Source: Hormoscilla sp.
GTDB lineage: Bacteria; Cyanobacteriota; Cyanobacteriia; Cyanobacteriales; Desertifilaceae
DNA: 34,712 nt
Direction of reading: 5' to 3'
Assembly: GCA_051439505.1 (NCBI GenBank)
Contig: JBFRWI010000047.1
Location: 1 to 34,712, forward strand
The stretch's first letter is position 1. The number at the start of each line of letters is the position of its first letter. The position numbers and the translations under genes are program-made. Shown here piece by piece: positions 21,637 to 30,264 of this stretch. The notes under the pieces were generated by a model. The model had not been told where the DNA came from. It worked only from the letters and a program-made list of their open reading frames with translations, and searched no databases.

Positions 21637-22371
21637 CTAACCTTCATTAGAACGGTCTTCAAATTGCTGACGGCGTCGCGGTTGTCGCCTGCGACCAGCT
21701 GGGGGCGGTGCTGCTGCTTGCAGTTCTTCTTGTCCGGGAATTATTTCCCCTTTGAATACCCAAATCTTGACTCCCAGGATGCCGTAGATTGTCTGGGCTG
21801 TGCGGTAAGAATAGTCAATGTCTGCTCTTAAGGTATGCAGCGGTACTCTTCCTTCCCGCGTCCATTCCGTCCGCGCAATTTCTGCTCCGTTTAATCTGCC
21901 ACTGACTTGGATTTTAATGCCCTGGACGTTTGCCCGTTGAGCCCTTTGAATGGCTTGACGGACTACCCGGCGAAATGATACCCGTCTCTCTAGTTGTTGA
22001 GCAATATATTCTGCTAGCAGTGCTGCATCGGCATCTACTCTCGCCACTTCCACTACGTTAATCCGGATTTGCCGATCGCTGCTTCCCAATGTCGCCTGCA
22101 ATCCCGTGCGCAATGCTTCAATACCCGATCCTCCTCGACCTACCACTACCCCTGGTCTGGCCGTTTTGACTTCCAATTCTATTTGATCTGCCTTGCGTTC
22201 TATCCGGACTTCCGAAATGCCCGCATTGCTCAGATGCTTCTCTACGTACTTACGAATTTTATAGTCCTCTTGCAATATGTCTGGGTAATGCTTGGCATCT
22301 GCGTACCACCGCGATCGATGTTCTTGGGTAACCCCCAGACGAAATCCAATTGGATGTATTTTCTGTCCCAC
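21637..22371 (-). CDS. rpsC: 30S ribosomal protein S3
   Basis: [33 protein letters not shown]. Confidence 0.98.
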   Translation of the reverse strand: MGQKIHPIGFRLGVTQEHRSRWYADAKHYPDILQEDYKIRKYVEKHLSNAGISEVRIERKADQIELEVKTARPGVVVGRGGSGIEALRTGLQATLGSSDRQIRINVVEVARVDADAALLAEYIAQQLERRVSFRRVVRQAIQRAQRANVQGIKIQVSGRLNGAEIARTEWTREGRVPLHTLRADIDYSYRTAQTIYGILGVKIWVFKGEIIPGQEELQAAAPPPAGRRRQPRRRQQFEDRSNEG

Positions 22372-22403
22372 CTAATCAAACCCTCTCTTAATCTTGCTGA
22401 TCT

Positions 22404-22763
22404 CTAGTCATTTAATTTCGGCGCTACCGCCACCGTAATGTGACAGGTTGGCTTGCGAATCTGGTATGCTCTTCCTTGAGCGCGAGGTCGATAGCGTTTC
22501 AATGCTGGTCCCCCGTCTGCATAGGCTTTACTGATCACCAATTCCCTTCGGTTTAGTCCCTGATTGTGTTCGGCATTTGCTGCTGCCGACAGCACTACTT
22601 TTCTGACCGGTTCGCAAGCTCGGTAGGGCATAAACTCCAAAATTATTAGCGCCTCTTGGTACGATCGCCCTCTAATTTGGTCTAGTACCCTACGCACTTT
22701 ATGGGGAGACATGCGGATGTATTTGGCGATCGCCTTTGTTTCTGATTCTGTATCTATTGCCAT
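22404..22763 (-). CDS. rplV: 50S ribosomal protein L22
   Basis: [21 protein letters not shown]. Confidence 0.98.
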   Translation of the reverse strand: MAIDTESETKAIAKYIRMSPHKVRRVLDQIRGRSYQEALIILEFMPYRACEPVRKVVLSAAANAEHNQGLNRRELVISKAYADGGPALKRYRPRAQGRAYQIRKPTCHITVAVAPKLND

Positions 22764-22805
22764 TTCCCCTTTTCCTTCTTGCTAATTGCTTATTGCTGCC
22801 CCACA

Positions 22806-23084
22806 CTATCTCCGCGATTTTTTATCCCCCTTAGTATGACCGCGAAAGGTTCTAGTTGGGGCGAATTCTCCCAATTTATGCCCTACCATCTGCTCGCTAA
22901 TAAACACGGGCACGTGTTGCTTGCCATTGTGTACTGCGATCGTATGGCCAATCATCTGGGGCAATATTGTCGATGCCCTCGACCAAGTTTTGATCACTTG
23001 CTTTTGGCCTTTTTCGTTCAGCTTTTCTATTTTACTCAGCAGATGGTCTGCCACGAACGGTCCTTTCTTTAATGAACGAGACAT
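22806..23084 (-). CDS. rpsS: 30S ribosomal protein S19
   Basis: [21 protein letters not shown]; the upstream extension in the ORF track is repeat read-through. Confidence 0.98.
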   Translation of the reverse strand: MSRSLKKGPFVADHLLSKIEKLNEKGQKQVIKTWSRASTILPQMIGHTIAVHNGKQHVPVFISEQMVGHKLGEFAPTRTFRGHTKGDKKSRR

Positions 23085-23092
23085 TTTTTCTT

Positions 23093-23220
23093 TGTCAGTT
23101 GAAAGTTGTCGGTTGTCAGTTGTCAGTTGTCGGTTGTCAGTTGGTAGGGTGGGCACTGCCCACCAAGTCAGTTGTCAGTTGTTCGTTGTCCACTAACCAC
23201 TAACCACTAACCACTAACCA
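23093..23220. repeat. Heptamer STRR-like array with an embedded GTAG-type REP (GTAGGGTGGGCACTGCCCACCA, 23144-23165)
   Basis: (TTGTC[AG]G)n, REP hairpin, (CACTAAC)n. Confidence 0.9.
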
Positions 23221-24084
23221 TTAACTTTGCCGACCGCCTTTACCACGCTTGGATGATTTCCGGCGACGGCGTACAATCAAAGCATCACTTTGTTTCTTTT
23301 TCTTGCGGGTTTTGTAACCTAAAGCTGGTTTACCCCAGGGCGTCATGGGACCGCTTCTCCCGATCGGGGCCCGACCTTCTCCACCACCATGGGGGTGGTC
23401 CACCGGGTTCATGACGCTGCCTCTGACTTGGGGACGGCGTCCTTTCCAGCGCGTGCGACCTGCTTTCCCCAGGCTAATATTTCTCGCTTCCACATTACCC
23501 ACTTGTCCGATGGTGGCGTAGCATTCCCGTCGGATCATGCGCACTTCTCCCGAGGGCATGCGGACACTCACATAGTCTCCTTCTTTTGCCACTACCTGGG
23601 CTGTGGCACCGGCAGCTCTCACCATCTGCCCTCCCCGCCCGGGTTTCAGTTCCACGTTATGCACGTTGGTTCCCAAGGGCATGTTACCCAGGGGCAAGGC
23701 ATTCCCTACTTCGATCGGGGACTCCGGTCCCGAGACGATCTTCGTCCCCACTTCTAATCCTTTGGGGTGCAGTATATACCGCTTTTCCCCATCCTCATAA
23801 TATAGCAGGGCTATCCGGGCATTCCGGTTGGGATCGTATTCAATTGCTGCTACTTTTGCCGGAACGTTGTGCTTCTTGCGCTTAAAATCTACTTCCCGGT
23901 ACAGTCGCTTGTGACCGCCCCCTCGATGTCTACAGGTTATTACCCCGCGATTATTCCTTCCTTTCGCACGATGCTTCGATCGCGTCAATGATTTTTCCGG
24001 CTCGCTGCGGGTAATTTCCGCAAAATCCGATACGCTGTGTTCGCGGGTACTGGGAGTATAGGGTTTATAATTTCTAACTGGCAT
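23221..24084 (-). CDS. rplB: 50S ribosomal protein L2
   Basis: [21 protein letters not shown]. Confidence 0.98.
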   Translation of the reverse strand: MPVRNYKPYTPSTREHSVSDFAEITRSEPEKSLTRSKHRAKGRNNRGVITCRHRGGGHKRLYREVDFKRKKHNVPAKVAAIEYDPNRNARIALLYYEDGEKRYILHPKGLEVGTKIVSGPESPIEVGNALPLGNMPLGTNVHNVELKPGRGGQMVRAAGATAQVVAKEGDYVSVRMPSGEVRMIRRECYATIGQVGNVEARNISLGKAGRTRWKGRRPQVRGSVMNPVDHPHGGGEGRAPIGRSGPMTPWGKPALGYKTRKKKKQSDALIVRRRRKSSKRGKGGRQS

Positions 24085-24133
24085 ATTTCTTCTCCTCTGT
24101 TGCGCCGTCTGGCCATCTCGCCACGTTCGCTAA

Positions 24134-24436
24134 CTATACTTCTGGGAACAGGACTATTTCATTTTCTTCTGCCAGGGTCACAATTGCCCGTTTGTATTGG
24201 GCTTTATATCCCACGAATCTCCCGACTCTCTTTTTTCTCCGGGGTTTGATTAAGGTGTTTACCTTGACCACTTTTACGTCAAACAAATCTTCGATCGCCG
24301 CTTTTATCTCCGGCTTTGTGGCCCGCTTGTCCACTTCAAAGGTGTATTTGTTGTCTTCTAACAGCCGCGTTGCTTTTTCCGTCACGATCGGACGTCTGAT
24401 TAAATCTGGCAGGGCGTTGGGGTCTCTTCTACTCAC
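24134..24436 (-). CDS. rplW: 50S ribosomal protein L23
   Basis: [28 protein letters not shown]. Confidence 0.98.
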   Translation of the reverse strand: MSRRDPNALPDLIRRPIVTEKATRLLEDNKYTFEVDKRATKPEIKAAIEDLFDVKVVKVNTLIKPRRKKRVGRFVGYKAQYKRAIVTLAEENEIVLFPEV

Positions 24437-25061
24437 CGTACACCTCCTGAATTTTTGCCAAGGCTGCTTTCGTCACTACTATTTTATCGGCATTCAGCAC
24501 GTCATAGACATTCAATTGCTCTGCTTGGATCAGCTTCACCGAAGGTATATTCCTCGCCGACAGATATACCATTTCTGATTTCTCTGGCAATATCAATAGC
24601 ACTTTCGCTCCTGCGTCTACTCCCCAACGGGCGATCGCCCCTACCAATTCTTTGGTTTTTGGTTGCTGTAATTGCTCGGCGAACTCTTCTACTACTATCA
24701 AATCTTCAACTCGGCTCATATATGCCGTCCGCAGGGCCAGACGCCGCTCTTTGCGGTTCATCTTCGTTTCATAGCTTCTGGGTTTGGGTCCAAATATTAC
24801 CCCGCCTCCCCGCCATAGGGGCGATCGGATCGAACCGGCCCGCGCTCTGCCCGTGCCCTTTTGACGCCAAGGTTTGCGTCCGCCACCTCTAACTTCGGCG
24901 CGAGTTTTCGTGCTCGCGGTCCCCTGGCGGCCATTATTCACTTGCCTTACCAAGGCCCGGTGGACTATGTGAGCTGCATTTTCTTCTTTGGCAACCCGCA
25001 ATTCCAGATTTTCCTGCCCTACTTCTTGTCCTTCCCAGTTTCGGACTGCACAACTAACCAT
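24429..25061 (-). CDS. rplD: 50S ribosomal protein L4
   Basis: [25 protein letters not shown]. Confidence 0.98.
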   Translation of the reverse strand: MVSCAVRNWEGQEVGQENLELRVAKEENAAHIVHRALVRQVNNGRQGTASTKTRAEVRGGGRKPWRQKGTGRARAGSIRSPLWRGGGVIFGPKPRSYETKMNRKERRLALRTAYMSRVEDLIVVEEFAEQLQQPKTKELVGAIARWGVDAGAKVLLILPEKSEMVYLSARNIPSVKLIQAEQLNVYDVLNADKIVVTKAALAKIQEVYGE

Positions 25062-25070
25062 TTTCTGCCT

Positions 25071-25715
25071 CTACTTTTTCTTGCCTACTCGCTTCGCTGG
25101 GATAATATTCAGCAATGTTCCTGGTTTACCGGGTACCGACCCCGAGACCACCAGTAACCCCCGTTCTGCATCCGCTCGCACTACCTTCAACTTCTTGATC
25201 GTGATGCGATCGCACCCTTTGCGTCCTGCCATTTTCTTTCCCGGATAGATCCGACCTGGCGTCGTTCCCGCACCGGTCGATCCTGGCAGGCGGTGATTTT
25301 TGGAACCGTGGGACATAGGACCGCGCCGGAAGTTATGGCGTTTTTGGTAGCCAACAAAGCCCCTACCTATACTCGTGCCGATCACATCTACTTCTTGACC
25401 GGCCTCAAATATATCCACCTTAATTTCCTGGCCTAGTTCGTAGCCATCTACTTCCGTGCGGTACTCCCGCAGGTGACGTAGGGGCGTATCAACTCCTGCC
25501 TTTTTCAGGTGTCCTATCTCCGGCTTATTACTTCGCTTGGACAGCACTTCTTTGTAGCCGAGTTGCACCGCTACGTAGCCATCAGTTTCTTTAGTTTTAA
25601 TTTGCGTCACTTTGCATGGCCCTGCTTGGATCACGGTGACCGGGATAGCGAGTCCTTCTTCCATGTCAAACAATTGGGTCATGCCAAGTTTCGTGCCCAG
25701 AATTCCTACAGACAC
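25071..25715 (-). CDS. rplC: 50S ribosomal protein L3 (GTG start)
   Basis: [21 protein letters not shown]. Confidence 0.98.
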   Translation of the reverse strand: MSVGILGTKLGMTQLFDMEEGLAIPVTVIQAGPCKVTQIKTKETDGYVAVQLGYKEVLSKRSNKPEIGHLKKAGVDTPLRHLREYRTEVDGYELGQEIKVDIFEAGQEVDVIGTSIGRGFVGYQKRHNFRRGPMSHGSKNHRLPGSTGAGTTPGRIYPGKKMAGRKGCDRITIKKLKVVRADAERGLLVVSGSVPGKPGTLLNIIPAKRVGKKK

Positions 25716-26038
25716 AACTATAATCGTCTCCTTTTTTTACACAGTTCAATCCACCAACACCAGCACCTAGCGATTACCTATGGCTTGCTTGGCGGTGAAT
25801 TTAAGATTTCCCCATACCACCATCCGGCGACTATTCTTGCCGATCACCAGCAGGGCAAGCATGCAAGTCTAATTTAATATGGGGTAACGTCTCCAAACAT
25901 TCGCGGCCTCTACCTCTTATAGGCTTGTGGCTTGGTGCGCCGGGACTTAAGCATCCAAGGCAGATGCTCAGTATCCTTGCTTTGCTTCGGGTACCGGTTA
26001 GGACTAGAAAGTCCTTTCTCCCGTTTATTGGCGACAAT
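25716..26038 (-). promoter_or_regulatory. Long (~320 nt) 5' leader of the rplC operon, probably structured
   Basis: Lies between the predicted promoter and rplC; hairpin GGATACTGAGCATC-TGCCTTG-GATGCTTAAGTCC at ~25943-25976. Confidence 0.55.
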
Positions 26039-26043
26039 TATCC

Positions 26044-26072
26044 ATCTTATATATTTTCTGGGCAGTTGTCAA
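26044..26072 (-). promoter_or_regulatory. Sigma70-type promoter of the ribosomal protein operon
   Basis: TTGACA-N17-TAAGAT with an upstream A-tract. Confidence 0.75.
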
Positions 26073-26393
26073 GGGTTTTGGCAATTTTTTTTCAACTTTT
26101 TCTGAAATCCCCTGGTGGTGGGACTTTCGGGGTATCATTTCCCGGGACTGCCCCTGCTGTTACCACCGGTTGCTCATCTCCGGATTACCGGTTATTTGTC
26201 GGGCGAGCACCGCCACCAACTCCTACCGGTTGTTCTGTCGGGCGATCGCCGTCCACCACCCCCGATTTCAACCTCGTTTCCGGCCAGGCTCTGGATGGAC
26301 CACCGGCGATCGCCTCTCAGACATTGGTCAGGGATATCGGAAACCGGGTGTATAATCTAGTTACCACGATCTATAGGAGCACTAACAAGCAGT

Positions 26394-26663
26394 ATGACAG
26401 ACGAAGAGATAAAAGCAATCGCCGCATCGAACGCGCGGGCCATTGAAGCCTTAACAGAATCAATTCGAGAGTTGCGATCGGGGGTAGCAGCATCTCAGGA
26501 GGAGTACCAGCGCGATCGGGCCCAACTCTATAGCTTAATGGCAGATTCTACTCAAAACCAGTCTCGCATTTATCGGGTATTGGAAAATCTCGATCGCCGC
26601 CAAGGGGAGATCGTGGATATTCTCAGATTGGTAACGCAACGACTCAACGATATAAACGAGTAA
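26394..26663 (+). CDS. Small coiled-coil hypothetical protein
   Basis: 89-aa ORF with SNARAIEAL motif and heptad pattern; upstream TATAAT at ~26351 and AGGAG. Confidence 0.7.
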   Translation: MTDEEIKAIAASNARAIEALTESIRELRSGVAASQEEYQRDRAQLYSLMADSTQNQSRIYRVLENLDRRQGEIVDILRLVTQRLNDINE

Positions 26664-26666
26664 AAT

Positions 26667-26856
26667 CTGAGATCTTGCACCATTGGAGATCGGCCTCCTG
26701 GCCCGCCGTGGGTTAAAACCCACGGCTAATAGCTCAAGTGGGTTAAAACCCACTCTCTACCTTGTCTATAAAGCGTTTTACCCTCGTTCCCAGGCGGGAT
26801 CCTGGGAACGAATTATCGAGGCTCTGCCTCTAGTTGAGAATGGTGCAAGATGTGAG
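26667..26856. mobile_element. 190-bp MITE, TIR CT(G/C)A(G/C)ATCTTGCACCATT (16/18), 6-bp TSD TAAAAT, carrying two REP-like elements
   Basis: TAAAAT at 26661-26666 and 26857-26862. Confidence 0.75.
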
Positions 26857-26905
26857 TAAAATGGGATTCTCTCGTCAGTCGAGAAGGCGATCGCCGTTCG
26901 CCGTT

Positions 26906-27016
26906 GGGTGCATCTCATATTTGCAGATTTAACTGTAGGGGCGAAGCATTCGGGCGATCAATCATGACATTAAAAGACAGATATTATATCCGCCCGTGCG
27001 AAAGTGAGATGCACCC
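26906..27016. mobile_element. 111-bp MITE with 12-bp TIR GGGTGCATCTCA and 8-9-bp TSD (T/A)TCGCCGTT
   Basis: TIRs at 26906-26917 and 27005-27016; TSD at 26897-26905 and 27017-27025. Confidence 0.8.
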
Positions 27017-27067
27017 ATCGCCGTTCCCAGAAACCCAGTTCTAAAGTATAAGAATTAGTTACTGCTT

Positions 27068-27328
27068 TCAATTTAAATACTCCAGGGTTTTCAAGTCTGC
27101 TTCCAATTATTCTAGGTCATAGCTGCGATCGACCCCTTCTGAACCCAATAACTCGTGAAACTCCCATTTACTCATCTGAGCCAACTCGCGAGCTTTCCCA
27201 AATGAAAGTAAACTTTTTTGGTATAATCTCACGGCCAGTTCCCGACGCAGGCGCGACATTCGCTCTGCTGGTGGCACTCGGAGAGCAACTGCAAGATCCT
27301 CAGAAATTTCTATGGTTAACTTGCTCAT
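27068..27328 (-). pseudogene. UPF0175 family antitoxin-like gene with a premature stop near the 3' end
   Basis: LYQKSLLSFGKARELAQMSKWEF; YDLE*LEADLKTLEYLN continues in frame past TAA at 27107. Confidence 0.65.
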
Positions 27329-27337
27329 GCTTTTGCC

Positions 27338-27601
27338 TCAATTATGCACTAACTCTAAACACTCATCAAAGTCATCCCCTTCCCATTTACCAATGCTTTC
27401 CAGTGTTTTGAGGATTGATGCCCCCGTAGAGGGGGTCTGTTTTGCCATTAATGAGTCAGAATAACGAGATTTAAGAAAGAGAATAAACTCTAAAGCGCTC
27501 TCCAAAATTTCATCCGGTACTTGTTCAATTTCTTGACGGATTTGTTCTCGAACATTGCTGGTTGTAGATATAGGGTTTGTAATGATTTCTTGGGTTTGCA
27601 T
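27338..27601 (-). CDS. DUF2281-like small antitoxin-like protein
   Basis: EIEQVPDEILESALEFILFLKSR, GKWEGDDFDECLELV; ATG at 27601 after GAGGA. Confidence 0.6.
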   Translation of the reverse strand: MQTQEIITNPISTTSNVREQIRQEIEQVPDEILESALEFILFLKSRYSDSLMAKQTPSTGASILKTLESIGKWEGDDFDECLELVHN

Positions 27602-27740
27602 AAATTGTTCCTCTATGAAGCTAGCGTTTTTTTCCCGGGGACGCGATCGCCATATCCAACTAAGCTTCGGCATCGGACAGCCAGTCAATTCTTAGCTTAA
27701 CGTATCGGAGTGCCTGCTGTCAAGTGCTCCCTTGGGTTGA

Positions 27741-27941
27741 CTAATAGTGACGGACAACAGCTACCGGAGGATTTTGCTCATCGGGATAATGGCAATGAAC
27801 AGCATCTTTTATCATTTCTCGCAGTTCTTGCAGGCTATCCGCTTGAGTGAAAATAGATTCCCCGATCGCTTTAGCAATATAACCACCTTCTGGCCCTTCT
27901 TCCACCAAGAAAATTATTTCTTTTATACTATTTTTTTCCAT
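27741..27941 (-). CDS. HicB-like small protein, possibly 3'-truncated
   Basis: EIIFLVEE.PEGGY.A.A.GESIFTQADSL.ELR..IKDAV.CH. Confidence 0.7.
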   Translation of the reverse strand: MEKNSIKEIIFLVEEGPEGGYIAKAIGESIFTQADSLQELREMIKDAVHCHYPDEQNPPVAVVRHY

Positions 27942-28002
27942 ATTTATGAGTACACTGCATATTTCCCAATAGACTTCGATGAATTTAATTTGCTATTATA
28001 TA

Positions 28003-28227
28003 CCATCTTATATATATATTTTCTGGGCAGTTGTCAAGGGTTTTGGCAATTTTTTTTCAATTTTTTTCTGAAATCCCCTGGTGATTGGACTTTCGGGTAT
28101 GATTTCCCGGGACTGCTCCTGCTGTTACCACCGGTTGTCAGTGTAATGATTGCCGGTTGTTCCGTCTGGCCCCGTCCGCTATTTCCACCCGGTTTCTGGC
28201 CACGGATGGGCCACCGGCGATCGTCTC
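28003..28227. repeat. Diverged direct copy of the rplC promoter region (26042-~26315)
   Basis: ~130 bp near-identical block from CCATCTTATA to GCTGTTACCACCGGTTG plus a CCACCGGCGATCG patch. Confidence 0.9.
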
Positions 28228-28476
28228 ATGGACTAGATCGTCAGTCCCAATGACCAAACCCACCATCGGGGACAGATTCACGATCTGCGCCCTTGCGATC
28301 GATGGTAAAATCCCTGAAACCAAAATCCGGTCGGCAATTTACCGTACTTAATCAATCATAGATCCGATCGCATCTATCTGAGAAAGGTTATATTAGGTGT
28401 AAACATTCTGGGGGAGCGGCGCTGAAACCTTGGCTGATAATTTCAGTCAACTCCTATTCCACAAGGACGTTCGGCG

Positions 28477-28718
28477 CAATACTTCGTAGGTTTTGCGTCT
28501 TATTTGTCATTGCGAGGGGGGGGGTACGTAGCGATTAACGGCCTGCTCAACGCTCGTTAACCCCCCCCCCCCGAAGCAATCTCACCGACGACGCAGAAGG
28601 GCTCTTCATCGAATACTCGACGGGGGGATTGCTTCGGGGGGGATTGCTTCGAGGATCGACAAATAGTTTCGTAGAGTTGCCCCCCTCGCAATGACAAGTT
28701 GTATCCCTTGAAGTATTG
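28477..28718. mobile_element. 242-bp MITE with CAATACTTC TIR and 10-bp TSD; same family as 3219-3488, opposite orientation
   Basis: TSD ACGTTCGGCG 28467-28476 / ACGCTCGGCG 28719-28728. Confidence 0.8.
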
Positions 28719-28812
28719 ACGCTCGGCGTTGCTATAATAGAGACTGGGGTTAGGCTTCTAGCCTGGATCGACACCAATATCCGACTATAACAGATTAAAT
28801 AAGGAAAAAACA

Positions 28813-29646
28813 GTGAATCAATCGAACATACCGATTACGTCGCGAGAATACAAATTAATGCTCCAAGTCGATCGCTTTCAAGATCGAGAAGCAGGATCGA
28901 AGGCGTTTTGGAATCTCGTCGAGTTTTTAGTAAAAAAGCAAGGCGGGGAGGTTGAGGACAAACAGAACAAACAGAAGCATGAGGAAACTAGGAAGACTTG
29001 GTATCTCGATACAAATGGGTCAACTCTCCGCCAGCAAGGGTTTGTCTTGCGCGTCAGGGAGGAAGGTGATGAGAAAGAGAAATACAAGATTACCTTAAAA
29101 TACCGTTCTCCAGACCGTTACCTTTCTGCATCTCAAAATATGTCTACATCAGCAGCAGGGAAAACGAAAACTAAATTTGAAGAAGATATCATCCCCCAGT
29201 TCACCAGTAAATTTTCTCATTCAACATCTGTTTATGCAGATAAAATTCCCGATCTCAGCGATTTTAAAAAAGTCGCGAATCTGTTTCCTGGTTTAAATAA
29301 GATGCCATTTGACGAGGGGATGGAAGTTGCAATAGTTAATGGATTCAAAGCTCGCGAAATATTCCGCAAAGTTGCTAAGTTGAAGTTTGAGGAAGAACCA
29401 ATAGTCAAAGCGGGTTTGAATTTTTGGTATTTATTGGGTGAAGCGGATGAAATTCCCTTGGTTGGGGAGTTTTCCTTTGATTACGGTCTTTTAAAAAATG
29501 GGATTAATGAAAAGGATAAATTAGAACAGTTTCCGGTTCCTGTGGTAGCGGGGGCAAATAATTTGTTTCAAGCTTTACAAAAGCAGGTGGGATGGATAAA
29601 TTTTAATGCTACCACTAAGACGGCTTATGCTTACGATGGATTCTGA
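28813..29646 (+). CDS. CYTH-like (triphosphate tunnel) domain protein
   Basis: N-terminal REYKL, YLDT....L...G..LRVRE, ITLKYR, KFEED, EFSF and terminal TTKT; AAGGA upstream of the GTG. Confidence 0.6.
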   Translation: MNQSNIPITSREYKLMLQVDRFQDREAGSKAFWNLVEFLVKKQGGEVEDKQNKQKHEETRKTWYLDTNGSTLRQQGFVLRVREEGDEKEKYKITLKYRSPDRYLSASQNMSTSAAGKTKTKFEEDIIPQFTSKFSHSTSVYADKIPDLSDFKKVANLFPGLNKMPFDEGMEVAIVNGFKAREIFRKVAKLKFEEEPIVKAGLNFWYLLGEADEIPLVGEFSFDYGLLKNGINEKDKLEQFPVPVVAGANNLFQALQKQVGWINFNATTKTAYAYDGF

Positions 29647-29816
29647 CACAATTAGACCATAATACCATTTGTATTTAATGATGATACAGTTAGTAACTTC
29701 GCACTTCACCCGCAGGGGGTTCAAACCCCCTGCTAATAGCTGAAGTCGGTTAAAACCGACTAATAAAAAGATTTTAAGTAATTGTAGCATTGTTTTTCCA
29801 AAATGGTATATTGCTT

Positions 29817-30152
29817 ATGACACTAGCGATACCCTGGTGGGCGGTGCCCACCCTACAAATGCACCCTGATGGCATCTTACGAGTGGGCCAAACTCGCGTC
29901 ACCCTAGATACAGTTATCGCCGCTTTCACCGAAGGGGTTCCCGCGTCCGAAATCGTCGATCGCTATCCGTCACTTCAACTGGCCGATGTCTATTTTGCGA
30001 TCGGCTACTATCTGAGACACAAAGAGGAAGTTGACGCTTATCTTACCGAACGCGAGAAGATTGCCGCAGAGATTCGTTGCTGAGCTGAACGCCGTTTTAA
30101 TCCAGTGGGCATACGCGATCGCTTGTTGGCAAGACGCAACCAGCACGAGTAA
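29817..30152 (+). pseudogene. DUF433 antitoxin with an in-frame stop at 30081-30083
   Basis: DGILRVGQTRVTLDTV, YPSLQLADVY.AI.YY; reading continues AERRFNPVGIRDRLLARR after TGA. Confidence 0.8.
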
Positions 30153-30158
30153 TATAAT

Positions 30159-30264
30159 ATGATAAAATTCCTGGCTGACGAGAACTTTAACAACCATTAT
30201 CCGTGGTGTTCTGCGTCACAATTCCAACGTAGATATACTTCGCGTTCAAGACGTGGATTTATCT
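30159..30264 (+). pseudogene. DUF5615 PIN-like toxin 5' remnant, frameshifted and truncated
   Basis: MIKFLADENFNN then, in a shifted frame, IIRGVLRHNSNVDILRVQDVDLS. Confidence 0.75.

Noticed and set aside
23085..23156. Apparent N-terminal extension of S19 (TDNRQL repeats)
   Set aside because: Translation of intergenic heptamer repeats; the canonical start is at 23084.
8057..25715. Absence of rpsJ, rpsN, rpmD and rpsD from the cluster
   Set aside because: Normal cyanobacterial organisation.
25925..26446. 173-aa ORF and its 168-aa counterpart at 27747-28253 sharing peptide similarity
   Set aside because: Similarity comes from the duplicated non-coding promoter block, in different frames.
30081..30083. 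In-frame TGA in DUF433 as selenocysteine or programmed read-through
   Set aside because: No SECIS-like hairpin or catalytic Cys context; neighbouring genes are also decayed.
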